Notes: a model not told the origin generated them from the letters alone. A stretch of DNA of 64,000 nt from the human T2T-CHM13v2.0 reference genome, Homo sapiens (GCF_009914755.1 NC_060933.1), one strand, 5' to 3'; shown: positions 25,401-40,798, counted from the stretch's first letter. Made by a program: numbers and translations.

Positions 25401-27030
25401 TATTGGTAAATTCAAAAGCAAGTCCATTGGGCTACTTTGAGAAATCTACTGTTAGATAAGTCAGTTTTTGGTACTCCCAGTGGCCAGGAGGTTTGATCAC
25501 TTCCAAATATATATTCATGTACCAACTTCCCTTGAAGACAGTTTCCAGTTTCTATTATGATACCTCTTGACATCTTCTGCCTCCAATTTTTCACTTTTCC
25601 TTCTTGAGATTGCATTAGAAATTATGTAATCGGAATGATATTGATTCATTAAACTAGGTCATGGCGTGACAATTCAATTGTCTGTACATTCCTTCCCAAC
25701 TTCTCAAGTGTGGAGATGTTTTTAAGAGCTGTAGCACACATCGCCATTCCAGTGTGGAAATTAGAAGTGTTTCAAAACTGTAGAAGACATAAAGGTAGGC
25801 ACACCAAGCACTGCAGGCAAAACAGGAAAAGTAATATTGTGTTAGATAAAATGGGGAAATACAAGCAATGCTTTTTGAAATCACATTCTAATTAAAATAA
25901 GAGAAAGAAAAACAAAACGAAGATGTTCAATCTATTATCTCTGATTTTGCACTGGTAGGATAGGAGATAAGCCTATATATTAAAAGGCATGATTGTCAGA
26001 CATTTCTCAACGTGAGAAACACGAAGCAAGATTGGGGTAAAAAGCAATGGGAAAAAAACAGGTGGAAACAACTACCTTTGAGACTAAGCCTAAAATGAAA
26101 GCTGATGGTTGTTGGTGCAAATGTAATCATTAATTGCCCAAATCTGTTCTTCCATCATCCCATTTCTTCCATTCCATTCAGCACTTTTAGTCACAACTGA
26201 ACCTATGTTACATAACGTAATGAAGTCATACGTCTCAGCAAGTAATTTTTTTTAAAATTAGCACATCATCTGGGAAGAAAGAATTGAGCAAAGTCTTGTG
26301 GGATCCCTCATTGAGTTTGTGGGTGGGAATGTTTAGGAGGATGTCAATAATAGAATCTAAGTACAGCTCCCCTCTGTGCGTACTCCACATATTAATATCA
26401 AAAGGACGAGGCAATTACAACCCACCTGTGATGCATTCTATGCAGTTCAACTCCTTCAAAACTTACAAGTTTTCTAAAATCTCTCAGGCTAGCACCATTC
26501 TCTGATCAAACTAAACTGGGCTGCCATAAACTCTACCACCCTTATCCTCTAATTAATTCATTCTGGGTGCTAATTAAAGCTATGAATGCAGGGGTAATTA
26601 GGCTAAGTAAAGTGTGCTTATTAATCAATAATTGACAACTTACTCTTAACAAATGTATTTCCCAAGAAGTGAATACAATTTAATTAAATACAATGCTTGC
26701 AAAACAGATAGCTGCTTTTTATGGTATCCTTGAGGTGTAGGTCAATATTTCTGTCTTAATTTTCCAGTTGAGAAAGAAACAGAAATATAACTTACTCTGG
26801 CTCATCCACTGAATCAGAACTTATTATTGTTGGGGCTGTATTTGGACCTCATCCATAAGGCATGAGTCTGTTGTTCTGAGGTTTAACAAATATGGATAAA
26901 AGCCTCTCCTTGCCTTTCCAAGTAGAAATATATTACATTTGTCTTCAATAAAACTTAGTGAACATCTCACTTGAGACCCTTGTCACATCACAACATAATT
27001 AGTTATTTGCATTATCAATTGTGCCAGTTC

Positions 27031-27318
27031 AGGATTTCCAAATTTGTTATCTTCAGAGGGTAATACACATGCCTACAAAAGGGAATTAAAAACGCAATGA
27101 AAAATAAATTTGGGGAAATCTGGGTTAAACGCATTTAAACAGATTTCTTTAGTGCAGAACTTCTCAAAGCCTTTAAAATGTTCATATGCATTATGAATCC
27201 AAAGAGTGACACATAACATTTCTGCAATTTATTTGACTATAGAGCTTTTTTCCCCCCTCAGAATACTCATTAACCTATGCAGAACCATGGTTGGAAAGCA
27301 TAGTTTGGAAAACTTTGC
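27031..27318. mobile_element. MER103-like hAT-Charlie element
   Basis: TTTGGGGAAATCTGGGTTAAAC...TGCAGAACTTCTCAAAGCCTTTAAAATG...AGTTTGGAAAAC. Confidence 0.65.
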
Positions 27319-27394
27319 ACAAGACCTCGCGTTAATCTTATTCACCGTGTATTCCTAGCACCTAGCATGATATCTGGCACATAGGACATGCTCT

Positions 27395-28430
27395 CTATGC
27401 CAACAATTTCCAAATTTTTATTTCCAGCTTCATTCTTTCTTTGGAACTTTAGACTGATATATTCAACAGCCTATTCAACAACGTTGCTTGGTTACCTGGT
27501 GGGCTCCTCAAACTGAGCATGTCCAAACCTGAACTTTGGCTCTTCCCCACAAAACCCATTCCAACTGCAACCTTTCCATCTCAAATGATGCAAACTCCAT
27601 CTTTCCAGTGACTCGGGCCAAAAACCTTGGAGTTATTCCTAACTCATTTTTCTCATCTAATTCATCAAAGAACAGCATTCTCTACCTTCGATATATATCC
27701 AAAATCTCACCCCTTCTCACAACACATGGCTCCCACCTAGGTCTGAGCCACCATCATCTCTCACCTGGATTCCTGTTATGGGCTCCTACCTAGTCTTCCT
27801 GTGAACTCTTCTGTCCTTTCTTGAGTCTCAACGTGGGAACCAGACTGATCCTGTTAAAGCATAAGTCAGATCATATGCCTCCTCCCCTCAAAAGCCTGCA
27901 ATAGCTCCCCATTTTCCTCCAAGTAAAAGCCAAAGTCTTACAATGACATGGAAGGCCACAGGCTAGGTCCCTGCTACTTTTCTGACTCTCTCTGTGTCTC
28001 TCTCCCCACCCTCCATATACTCTGGCCCCCAAGTTAATGGTCACATACACCATGTACACTCCTTCCTTAGGCCTTTGCAAGAGTTGCTCCCTCTGATCAG
28101 AACAATCTAGCCCTATAACCAAATGTCTCATCTTTCAAATATTTGCTCAAAGCTCACCTTCACAATGAGACCTACCCTGACTACTGTAATTAAAATTGCA
28201 ACTCAGCCCCACTCCCACCCCACCCCCACTCCTCCTTAGCCTGCTTTTACTCTTTCATAGCACTTACCTTTTCTAATATTCCACATAATTTACAGATCTA
28301 TGCATTTTTCTACCTCCCTCCACTAGAATATGTGTTCTATGTGTAATTCATTGATATTACCCAAGCATCAAGAACAGTGCAGGGCACACAGCACATGCTC
28401 AATAAGTGAATGAATAAGAGTTGAATGAAC
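27395..28430 (+). mobile_element. L2a 3' fragment (~1 kb)
   Basis: CTCAAACTGAGCATGTCCAAAC, AAAACCTTGGAGTTATTCC, CATCATCTCTCACCTGGA, and tail AATAAGTGAATGAAT. Confidence 0.85.
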
Positions 28431-29026
28431 ATTGCAGTTCATGCAAGATGTTACATATGCTCAGACAGATGTAATGCAGACCTTTTATATGGCTCAGTTC
28501 TACGGGCAGAAGACCAAACACTATGGTCATTTTATTTCAAGTGAAACAAAGGTTATATATTTTTCATAAATTAGACAAAGCCAATATGCTTTAATTCTGT
28601 GTTTACCTGACCAAGACAGATACTATCCAAAAGACCTGGCAGCCAACAAGAGGTTGGTCTTCACAAATTTATTGAAATGTGGTTACTTAAAAGAATGGTA
28701 TATGAGAGTTACAGAAAGGAAATACTAAAACTTCTGGTGGTCTATATTTTTCTCTTAAAAAAATAAGAACGAAAGACTATCTTAATATTTCACTGACTCA
28801 GTGACACAGATGGCCTCATGCAGATCGTGTATCTCAGAGCATGTCTAGGATTACAGGCATCTGAGGGAAAACTGGGGAGTTTGCTGTGGTGGTTCCTTCC
28901 CTCATTTGCTCATTTTCAACATGTTGTAACTTATTGTCGTTAAGTGTGCCAGCAAAGAGAATGTATAATTTCTCTGACACTCATTTCTCTAGTGTTACAT
29001 AAACTAACTCTCAAAAATTATACCAG

Positions 29027-29438
29027 TGCTATGGACTGAATCTATATGAATTCTGAGTCACCCCAAAATTCATATGTTGAAGCCCTAATCTCCAATGTGA
29101 TGATGGTATTTAGAGATGGGACCCTGGCAAGGTAATTAGGGTTAGACAAAGTCATAAGGGTGAGGCCTAGTCTGATGAAATTAGGGCTTCTGTGAGAAGA
29201 GACACCAGAGGGCTCACAGTCTCCCTATCTCCATGCATGAACTAAACAAGAACCAGGCAAGCACACAGTGAGAAGGAAGCCATCTACAAGCCAGGAAGAG
29301 GGCCCTCTCCAGAGTCTATCCACGCTGGCACCCTGATCTTAGTCTTCTAGCCTCCAGAACCATGGGAAATAAATTTCTGTTATTTAAACCCTGCCACTCT
29401 ATGGTATTTTATTATGGCATCCCGAACTGACTAATACA
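29027..29438 (+). mobile_element. MLT1A0-like solo LTR
   Basis: TGCTATGGACTGAAT...CCCCAAAATTCATATGTTGAAGCCCTAA ... ACTGACTAATACA. Confidence 0.85.
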
Positions 29439-29464
29439 AAGAGTATCTTAAAAGATGTCTTCTT

Positions 29465-29835
<371 letters not shown>

Positions 29836-30903
29836 TCACTTCTACTAGGAACTCTTTATTAGACACATTACCAGATAAAAATAATAATGATCTAATTACG
29901 ATGATTAAAAGTATAGATAATGTTGAAGGTGAATGATAAAACATGGGGTTTCATTATACTAGTTTTTCTTCTTTTGTGTGTATTTAAAGTTTTTCAAAAT
30001 GAAAGGTTTAAAAAATTTTAGGTTGGCTAAAAAACAATGATGAAATTATCAAGAACATTATTTTATTTACCTCCAGTATCATTCACAGTAAATTTTTCTC
30101 TAGGTATTTACTGTGGCTTGAGAGATTAGTTAATGAAGATGAGAAGCCATCAGAAATATTGCAAAATGTTTTGTATTTCAACTTTGCATAATCAATGTTA
30201 TACATTTCTAGGTATGTTTTACAACACACACAATATATTAGTACCACGGTATGGAAGAATAATTTTTATGTAACATACACAGACACACACAAACACACAT
30301 AGTAAAGGTACAGTTTTCACCCCTTTTTGTTGATGGAAGTGCACAGACAAAAGAGTTTGGTGGCCCCGGTGCTTAAATGGTAAGAGGAGAAGACAGGCAA
30401 CAGATAAACATGGAGAATACCCATAAAGACATTAAGGCCCAAATTGGGGGTTGGGGGAGAACAAATAATATTAGGAACTACCTAGAAGGTTAATGCATAC
30501 ATGCATTACTTGTATACACAAACATTATTTGTAAAGTTGATACAGCTCTTTGAAACCCTTTGGAATAAAAGGTGCATAAAACAATATATTATTAATATTA
30601 TTATTATAGTGCATATTTGTGTTTCTGTATTAAGCTGCCAGAGGAGTCTTTTAATGGTCTCATTTTTTATGCAATATATACATAGGTCCATTGAAGAGAC
30701 CCACATTTATCTAAATTATTGAGATGAATTTTAATTTGTTTGGACAATACTAAAGCTTGGAATGACTAAAGAGGAAAAAAAAAAAAAAAGCTCAGCATGC
30801 TAACAAATAAATGTTAAATGACCTGGGACAATGGAGTACATATTTTCATACTTCCACATATTCATTTCACAAATTGGTGGTGTCCAGATGTCCTACGGCA
30901 AGG

Positions 30904-31226
30904 TTTTTTTGTTTTGTTTTGTTTTGTTTTGCTTTTTGAGATGGAGTCTCGCTCTGTTGCCCAGGCTGGAATGCAGTGGCACCTCTCAGCTCACTGCAAG
31001 CCCCGCTCCCAGATTCACGCCATTCTCCTGCCTCAGCCTCCCGAGTAGCTGGGGCTACAGGTGCCCACCACCATGCCCGGCTAATTTTTTTTTTTTTTTG
31101 TATTTTTAGTGGAGACGGGGGTTTCACCATGTTAGCCAGGATGGTCTCGATCTCCTGACCTCATGATCCGCCCACCTCAGCCTCCCAAAGTGCTGGGATT
31201 ACAGGCGTGAGCCACCGTGCCCGGCC
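30904..31226 (-). mobile_element. AluY
   Basis: TTCACGCCATTCTCC and TTAGCCAGGATGGTCTCGATCTCC, with a (GTTTT)n tail. Confidence 0.92.
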
Positions 31227-31756
31227 GCAAGATTCTTAAAGTGTGGTGGAAGGCCAAATGCGGGGCTGAAAAAAATCCCCATTTTTAAAATCTTTTTAGA
31301 TGATACTTTTAAAATGTCTTTTAAATAACAGACACCTTAACTATTTAAGATATTTTTTCTTCTTTTTGTGACAATGATTCTGCATTTTTTTCCAGGCATG
31401 ATTGAAGGCTTTCACTTTGTAGTTTTAAATTAAAGCTAAGGAGAACCTCACTGGTTTCTCATCAACAGCAGCACAATTTGTTTGCTGATTTCAGTGCAGT
31501 GGTTGGGTTTTTCTTTGTTAAATTAGAAAGCTGAGTGGAAACAGGTGGATGAAGGGGTTCCCATGCCTGTGAAGGGTCTGTAGCCCAGAAGAGTAAGGGA
31601 ACCATGGTTGTGGGAACTAAGCTTCAGGGCTGTCTTTCTGCTTTTATCCCATGTTCATGACAGTTTTTGGCAAACTGTACACGCTCCCCCCATATTGAGC
31701 CATACTTTTGGCTTCAGGAGATAAAATACATTGCTCTTATTAAAATAGGTCATAGA

Positions 31757-32048
<292 letters not shown>

Positions 32049-32055
32049 TCATAGA

Positions 32056-32616
<561 letters not shown>

Positions 32617-32979
32617 AAAATAGGTCATAGAGCAAGAGACAGCAAGTCCATTCACCACCGGCTGCCTAGGACTTCCATCCTGCCATTGCATGCCCTTCTT
32701 CCTCCAATCTCACTCTGCTTCCCAATCCCAACCTTTCTATCACATGCAGCTAGAAAGCTGTGTCCCTCCAGACTGGAAGCATTTGTGTTTCTCAACCAGC
32801 AGATAACTCACTGAAAAACCCCGACCCTGGGAACCAAACGCTCTGGCTTTACCACTACCTCATCAGGGCTCTAACTTTCTCATCTGCAAAATGGGCATCC
32901 TTTCTACTTGGTAAAGCAAGGAACAGTCTATCACAGAAGTCAGGAGGACCTGATGGGCTTTTGAAATCAGCTTGTGTGG

Positions 32980-33167
32980 AATCGTAATTCCACCACCATC
33001 AAGCTGTGTGTGACTTCACTCTCTGAGTCTTGGTTTTCTCATGTAAAACAGGGATGTTGATGGTACTGATAGCCTTGATGTACCGGTTCAAGAAATTGCT
33101 CTTTGTGGGGCACCTGGAGCAGTGACTATACCCATGGTAAAAGTTCAATAAATGATAGTCATTATCA
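32980..33167 (+). mobile_element. MIR
   Basis: CTCTCTGAGTCTTGGTTTTCTCATGTAAAACAGGGATG ... TTCAATAAATGATAG. Confidence 0.55.
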
Positions 33168-33244
33168 AATAACAACAAGGACAAAATTATAGTACAGATT
33201 GCCCAAAGCCAAGGAATCCCAAGTACAGTTTGAAATAAAACAAT

Positions 33245-33695
33245 TGTATCCGTGTTCTCTGGCTACTATAACAAATTGCCACACACTTAACAGCTGGCAA
33301 CATGGTAAATTTACGATCTTACAGTTGAGTAGGTTAGCAGTCCAACATGGATCTCGCCAGCTGAAATCCAGGTGGTGGCTGTGTTCCTTCCCTAAGGCCC
33401 AGGAAAGAATCCATTTCTTGCCATTTCTCTAGAAGCTGGAAAAGCTTCTAGAGACCGTCAGCATCCCTGAGCTGGTAGCTCACTTCCTCCATCTCTATCC
33501 GCTTTTGGAACCCTTGTGATTACATGGGGCTCACTCAGTAACCCAGAATAATCTTCCTATTGTAAGGTCAGCTGATTAGCAACCTTGATTCCATCTGCAA
33601 CCCTAACTCCGCTTGATAATTTAAAGTAACATAGTCACAGGTTCTAGTGATTAGGATGTGGACAGCTTTGAGGGGGCATTATTCTGCCTAATAGA
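33245..33695 (-). mobile_element. MLT1D solo LTR
   Basis: AAGGTCAGCTGATTAGCAACCTTGATTCCATCTGCAAC and GGGGGCATTATTCTGCCTA. TSD ACAAT/ATAAT. Confidence 0.82.
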
Positions 33696-33742
33696 ATAAT
33701 TAAACAGAACCACCTTACCCACAGGGTGACACACATAGGTTT

Positions 33743-34048
33743 CTTTTTAATTAATTTATTTATTTTTGGGACAGAGTCTCACTCTGTTGCCTAGGCTGGA
33801 GTGCAGGGGCGCGATCCAGCTCACTGCAACCTCTGCCTCCCGGGTTCAAGCAATTCTCCTGCTTCAGCCTCCTGAGTAGCTGGGACTACAGGCATGTGCC
33901 ACCATACCCAGCTAATTTTTGTATTTTTAGCAGAGACAGTGTTTCATCATGTTGGCCAGGCTCATCTCAAACTCCTGCCCTCAATTGATCTGCCCACCTC
34001 AGCCTCCCAAAGTACTGGGTTTACAGGCGTGAGCCACTGCGCCCAGCC
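33743..34048 (-). mobile_element. AluS (Sz/Sx-like)
   Basis: Dimeric Alu. Decayed TSD GACACACATAGGTTT/GATATGCATAGGTTT. Confidence 0.92.
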
Positions 34049-37000
34049 GATATGCATAGGTTTATTTCAATTGCCACTGGGCAACCAGAAAGAATGACAG
34101 AACCAATAAGAAACTACCAGAAAGTAGAAGGGTTGGAAGTTCTCAGTTCTCAGGTATCAATCACTTGGCACAAAAGTTACCGTCTTCCCACCAAAAATCA
34201 GGTAGCCTTGTAAGACTTCATCACAATAGCATTCACAGGAGATATTTACAGAGAATATTTGAATCTGAGAAGTGTCCTCCTTCAAGCACTTTGTGGATGT
34301 ATGGTTAGAGAAATTAGGAATCAAAATAGAATTCAAGAACTATGAAAACTGAAGGCTGTGTTTTAGGGCTGAATATTGAGTCATTGCAGACTCATGACTA
34401 AGATACCTTAGCATTTACTAAAGCAGAAGGAAGCAACCAGTGTCACAATTTTACTATGGGATGTAGGTTGCTTCAACCAATACAGAATCATCCAGAAAAA
34501 CAAAGAGGAAGAGGAATCAGATTAGAGCAGGACCAGCGAGGGCTTTGTCAAAGGCCCCGTGAGGAGAGATGGGTGGTTAACACCAGAGCCTTGCATTTTG
34601 CCTGGTAAAATGGAGAGAAACACATTCCCTGAGGTTTGTGAGGCTGAGCTGCAGGTGTAACTAGATACAATAAGAATGTTGGTAGCTGGCATGTATATGT
34701 TTATACTTAAACCCTTGTTGCTATAAACAGTTTTCCTCACAATGTGCATTTATAGAGGGTTGATTCTAAAAATTAACTGTGGCCTAAATTATCCTTGAAA
34801 ATCTATTCAACAGATTTTTGAATTCACCAAGACACAGATCCTTGGAGTTCAAAAACCAAGAAGTAACTTACATTGTTTCTCTTTGCATTTCGACTATGGC
34901 CTTCCTTCCTCTGGGACTATCAAGGCCAAAATGTAATTTGATTAGGGTATCTTTTTTTTAGCAAATAATAAAAATATCTTCCATTTTGCTTAATGGGAAA
35001 GGTTGATTTCATATTAGTTAAATGCATGCATCATATGGCTTGAGTGTATTCAGCCATTATCAACTATTTATTTTGCTGTATTTATATGCTATGTACTTTT
35101 ATCAGATGGAGCTGACCAAACTTTATGATCAAGAATCTGGTATCTGGTTGGGCAGATCATCTAGGAGCATTCCTTATAGAACGGAGCCCAACCATGGATA
35201 GCTCCTGTTCTAGGGGTGCACCCCAACTCTGAATCAGCCAGTGAGAGCAAAGTCCAATGCTCTGCATGGTCTCTGCCAGCACCACCACTCCTGTGACATG
35301 TTCTGGGCCTCGGGTGATTCCAAATCCATCATCAAGGCCAGCTATGCCTAGCAAATACTTCCCATGTCTGTCTCCAGTAATAATAATGGTGCTTCTCATT
35401 TGTAGAGTAAATTTCAGTTTTACAAGTATCTCGCTTACATGACATCCAAAATAAACATTTTCTTGATATGTTGGTACATTTGGAAAATAAACCTCTCTTC
35501 AGATCGCTCCCTTTATGCCAATAGTAACAAACACAGAAGTAGCTAAGTTTGCGCTTTAGGCATTACCAAGGGTTGTGCCATTAGTCAGTCATGAAAGATT
35601 CCTGAGCACTAAGTCAACTTTGCAGGCTGCCAATAGTTAACTTAGGCATGTTTTATAACCACTTCATTTTTTTGTTTCTAATTGCAGGAAAGGATGACTC
35701 AAAGCCCAATCTGAAGAAATTCAATCACCTTTCTCCTTGAAGCTCATAACCCCTCTCATAACGATTATAAATCAACTTCTAGATTTTTCTTTTTGCAATA
35801 AGGCTTGCTTTTTTTAATTCTCCTGGAAATTAGCAGAAGTCACGATTACCTTTAGAAACACAGGCAAGATTTCCAACATTAATGCTACCATTCAAGAGAA
35901 TTTTCTTCAGAATACAAAAATGCCTCTTGGAGGAGAATCCGGGCAAGGTTTCTTTGAGAGGCAGGGAATCAGGGGTTTGTTGTCCTTTTTTGCAATGTCA
36001 TAAATTAAGAAGGAGATCAATTCTGCCATTTCAATTTGTATCAGCCTGAAGGTCAAACAGACACACGTAATAAATTCTGACTCAGGCAATTACAAATTCA
36101 GCTGACTCCTTCCATTCTGAAAACCTTAGTGCTGATCTCTACCATCCCAGAATAACTTCCCCAGCCATTAGTAGATTATTCTGCTGGGTAGAAGGTGTAC
36201 CTTTTTTACCTTCTGCTTATTACAATTCCAAAAGGAGGACATAAACACTAGTGATTTCATATTCCATCCAGAATACTGGATGTACATCCTCAACTGCTGA
36301 ATGCTGAAAAGGTTACTCAAATTCTCCAAGTGATATCCTATGTAAAGCAGCAACCACCTGCTTGGGAACATATTATGAGGCCCTCTGAAGATGAGGCAAA
36401 GACCTTTTTATTTAATTACAACACATTAGGGCAGAGGAAATGCCGCATGACACATCAACATATAAGTCTCTGCAGTCAGGGACACAGCTACCCCAATTTT
36501 CCTGTCTCCCTAGCTTGTATATCTGGCTTATTCAAAATCAGTCTAGGAAAAGGGAAAGGACGAAAAACAACAATGATAATATTTGTTGTCAGATACTACC
36601 TACATGACATTAAATGTGTCTTGAGTGTGTAAAACCACCACCAAAGAAACATTTTAACTAGCTATTAAGCACTGGAACTGTGATAGGAAAGAGGGGTGTC
36701 ATAAATGCTGTCATTTCCCACCCGCGCCCTTCCACCTGCCAGCGGACCTGTCTCCCAGCCACCATAAGCCTCTTGAGGCCCCTTCTCAGGAAGTCACCAA
36801 TGGTATGTGCTGCCCTCACCCTACTCCCTGAGGCTTTAGTCCATGACCTGACACCAAGGAATACAAAAGGTTGACCCACGTCTCAAGACAAACCAATGCT
36901 CTGGTGTTTGTTACTGTATCTGTCCTCATCTCCATTTTTACCAACTCCTACCCTTCAGGCAGTAAGTAGGCTTCTCTGGGAAGAATTCAGATTTTTTGGT

Positions 37001-37083
37001 AAGAAAAATTGCTAGCCACTGCACAGAGGAGATGGAGACATGGCCTATTCCTGGAGACGCTGGGAGTAGTCTTCCTGGCAAGG

Positions 37084-37847
37084 TGTAGTTGACACTCTCG
37101 GTGTCTCACCCATCACCTCAGCCCTTCCAGAATCCACTGCAAACGTTTCCCTACCAAACCAAGGGCTTCCCGAGTCTCTCTGCATGAGGGCATCCTCTGT
37201 CTTTTTTCTTTTTTTGAGACAGAGTCTCCCTCTGTCACCTAGGCTGAAGGGCAGTGACATGATCTCAGTTCACCGCAACCTCTGCCTCCTGGGTTCAAGT
37301 AATTCTTCTGCCTTAGCCTCCCAAGTAGCTGGGATTACAGGTGCCCACCACCATGCCCAGATAACTTTTTTTGTATTTTTAGTAGAGCCAGGGTTTCATC
37401 ATGTTGGCCAGGCTGGTTTTGAACTCATGACCTCAAGTGATCCACCCTCCTCAGGCTTCCAAAGTGCTGGGATTATAGGCGTGAGCCACCATGCATGACC
37501 CATCCTCTGTCTTTAAGGGGTTGCATTGCCACAGAAAGGGCCAGCCAGAAAGGTTAGGGAGTTACCACGATCCTTAACAGATAAGGGTTGTTAGTGGATG
37601 GATAAATACCCAGCTTCCCTGTGTCTCAGTATAACAGCCCTGAGGTGGATTCATAGTCTCCCACAGGGTCCTTAGCAGGTTGAGTCCCAGTTGCCCTCAT
37701 GGATTACCTGCTCATGAACATACCTTTTAGTATCTTTCTTCTCTTCTGTAATCACTTCCCAGCCTTGCTTCCTGGAACCCCTCTCAAATAAATGACACCC
37801 ATCGTCTTACCTTCTGGTCTTTCTTGGAGGGAGCCCAGATTGAGGCA
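37084..37847 (+). mobile_element. LTR16-family ERVL solo LTR (interrupted by an Alu)
   Basis: TGTAG start, GGATAAATACCCAGCTTCC, GAGTCCCAGTTGCCC, TGCTTCCTGGAA...CAAATAAA, end GAGGCA. TSD CAAGG/TAAGG. Confidence 0.7.
37205..37500 (-). mobile_element. AluS
   Basis: Dimeric Alu. Perfect 14-bp TSD CATCCTCTGTCTTT at 37191-37204 and 37501-37514. Confidence 0.93.
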
Positions 37848-40129
37848 TAAGGGTCAGGTGCAGAGCCTGTGGCCTAATGGTCTTGGAGAAGGGGTGGCCT
37901 CTCCAAAGAGGTAGCATTGGCTGTGGGCGGCTGGGACATGATGCCAGCCCCCATGGCTGGATGCTGGAACTGCCCTTAATCCAGCACTCCCCATGCCCGC
38001 TTGCTCCCTGAGAAGCATCTGTACATGAGAACTGAAAGAGGTGATGGCTAAGTGATGCTAGGTTTCAGATGCAGGCGTGTATCAAATGTACAGTTACCCC
38101 AGCACTGCTTCCTTACCTGAGGAACATGGCATCCACCTCTGGAGAGACTTCACTGCTCTCATGCTATTGAGAAGCTTCTGGACTCCCTCTGGGCCGGGGC
38201 TCTCCACTGTCACACTGCTCAGCATCTTATCTCATAAGGTCTTAGGCTCCTTGGCAGCCCCGGCCCTGTAGCCTGGAGCTCCACGGCCTCACACCAGGAA
38301 GAAATAAAGATTTGGAAGATCTGTAAGCTAAATATTTCTGGAAATTCAGCCAAAAATCCTTCCACAGGAGGGAGGCGGGGCAGAGGAGCTGATCAATGAA
38401 GATGAGCTACCATGAGGGAGCAGCCACCTGAGCACTGGGACTGTTCTGGAAGGCAAGGACTCCACACTTGGGCCCAGCTCACTGAGGCCTCTGTCATCCG
38501 AGCAGCTGTGGCCTCACTTTGTAGTTAGCATAGCCATGTAGGACCAAAGAAGACCAGGCATCTCCCCTCCAGACATTCACAGATCTCCAACCAAACAAGA
38601 TTGCATTAGGAACCTGAAGGGGACCAGTGTCTCTGTATTTCCTTCTAGATGTGGGTACCCAGGTGATGTACGGAGGTGGGAAGGACTGGGCTTGAAGCCA
38701 TTTGCACCCTAACCTGGGAAGGGCATGCCTGTTACAGTAATTTTTCCTTATCCCCTTGCTATTTGGAGTCAAACAAAACCTGCTAAACTGAGTTTGAAAT
38801 TTCTGACTAAGAACCAAAATAAATACATAGAAGCAAATTTGTAATGATTTACTCAACTGAGAAAATATTAATATTTTGAAAGAAACTACAATCTAAATTT
38901 TAAATATTAGAACATGTAGTTCTTCTCATGACATATTTCCAAAATATTTGTCTGAAACTCAAACCACAGAGCAAATCAGATATGAGCAAAGCTTCAAGAA
39001 AGAGAAAGGGGAGGCACTGAGAATGGACCGCGGTCATCTGTTGAATCAATTAAGAATGCTTTAACTACACACGCAGCAAAGGGCTCTCAGCAAAACTCAC
39101 TAAGCCTTCAGCATTAGGACCAAAAGACAATAAACAAGGCTAGAAGCAATGCCACACAGCTATCTTCAGAAGCCTGGAAGGATCTTTTCTGTTTTCCAGA
39201 TATCAGCCAGTCTTTAAAGCTACTGCATTCTATGGAACAAGAAAGGGACTGACGGACATATCCGCGTTCTAAAATTACCATCCCAGGCATGTTCCAAATG
39301 CATAATTTCCTTTGAATTATACCACAAAGCCACTTAACCACAGAGAGAGTACTGTTTTTAGTTCTGAGCCTTTATCTCTAAAATAAATTCAAGTCCTAAT
39401 CCCAGCATTTACCCATGAGCAGTTCTACGACTGAACGAAGAAGCCCTGAAATTCTTGACCCAAGTTGTAAGCAGGAATGAGATGAGCGTAGAGAGCAGAG
39501 CCAGGGTTTTGGAGAAGAAAGGGCCTAAGTGAGTGTGGTGATTGCAGCTTAGGAGCTCCTTATTCTGTTGCTCCTCCTATGACTTCATCCTCAATTACCA
39601 CCAAGTGCTGGGCTTGCGTCCTCTCGCTCATGCTTCTCTCCACCCCATCTAACACTCTAACAACATCGATGACCTGCAATATGTGACCTGGGATTTAGAG
39701 CTCAGCAGGTTTTGTGTGGAGGTACACTAAGGTGAAAGTGGTCAAGACCAACAGTCCAATATAATCATTTCATCCACATAACTGGAGTCTCCTGTGTTGT
39801 AATTGGGAATGCAAACCACACCGCCAGCTGGACACCTTCTGCCTGAACTGGGAAGGAGACTAATCCTCCACAAGGTTGCCTCTCCTCATCCTTCTTACAT
39901 CAGAGCTGGAGGCAGTGTCCAAAGGGCCAGCCGTGGAGCACTTAGATGTGCTCCCATGTGAGGAGCTCTGCAGCAGGGTCTGGAGGCTAGCTCCCCAAGT
40001 TCTTTGGTTATATGAATACTTCAGTACAGACACCCACACTGGCCTTTTCTCCTCGGGATGGCTGAGTGGCAAAGGGTTCCCAAACTCAGCCAAATGTTGG
40101 ATCCAAGGCCTCCTTTCCCTGAGCCTAGA

Positions 40130-40798
40130 TGTATCTGTTACCCATTGCTATGTAACAAATCTTCCACCAACTAGTGGGGTAAAGTATGTGAGTCAGCTGT
40201 GTGGTCTGCTAATTTGAGCCAAGCTCTGCCCATCTCACTAGGCTCATGCATGTGCCTGTAGTCACCTGGCAGGTTGGCTGGAGGCTGGCTGGTCTAGGAT
40301 GGGTGACAATAGCAACTGAGGCACACGTCTCATGTTATTCAACAGGTCAGCCCGCACTTGTGCATATGGCAGTGGCAGGCTGTAAACAAAAGTATTGAGG
40401 TTGTTGGTTGTGCAGCAAGAAAACACTGAGACTCATGCTCATGTGTTCAACCATGCTAAAGAAAACAAACAACTTTTTCTCTCGTGTCAATACACTTCTT
40501 CTTTGCTGCCAGAGAATCTTTTGATTTCAGCAGGCTTAATGGTCAGATAAAGAAAAGAGGCTCTTCTTTGCATATCTGCCCTTCTCCTCCACTTCTCAGT
40601 CCATACAGCCATGCAACACTGCTTTCTTTTGAAAGCCGCTGAGCCTAGGCTTGAGCTGATACACTGCCCTTTCTGCTGCACTCAGAGGTAGGGAAACAAA
40701 ATGCACCCATTGGCCAGCAGAATGCAAAATCATATTGTAAAGGGCGTGCATACAGGGGGTGGGTGGAGCGTCTGCCCATTTTTGTGAACAATCTATCT
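40130..40798 (-). mobile_element. MLT1H-like LTR in two pieces (~40130-40380 and ~40620-40798)
   Basis: TGTATCTGTTACCCATTGCTATGTAACAAAT start, GGCTGGCTGGTCTAGGATGG, and AGCCTAGGCTTGAGCTGATACACTG. Confidence 0.55.

Noticed and set aside
35665-35690. Good splice-acceptor-like sequence (also ~48570-48586, and a donor-like CAGGTAAGT at ~5001)
   Set aside because: No paired donor or acceptor defining a credible exon or reading frame. Such motifs are frequent by chance.
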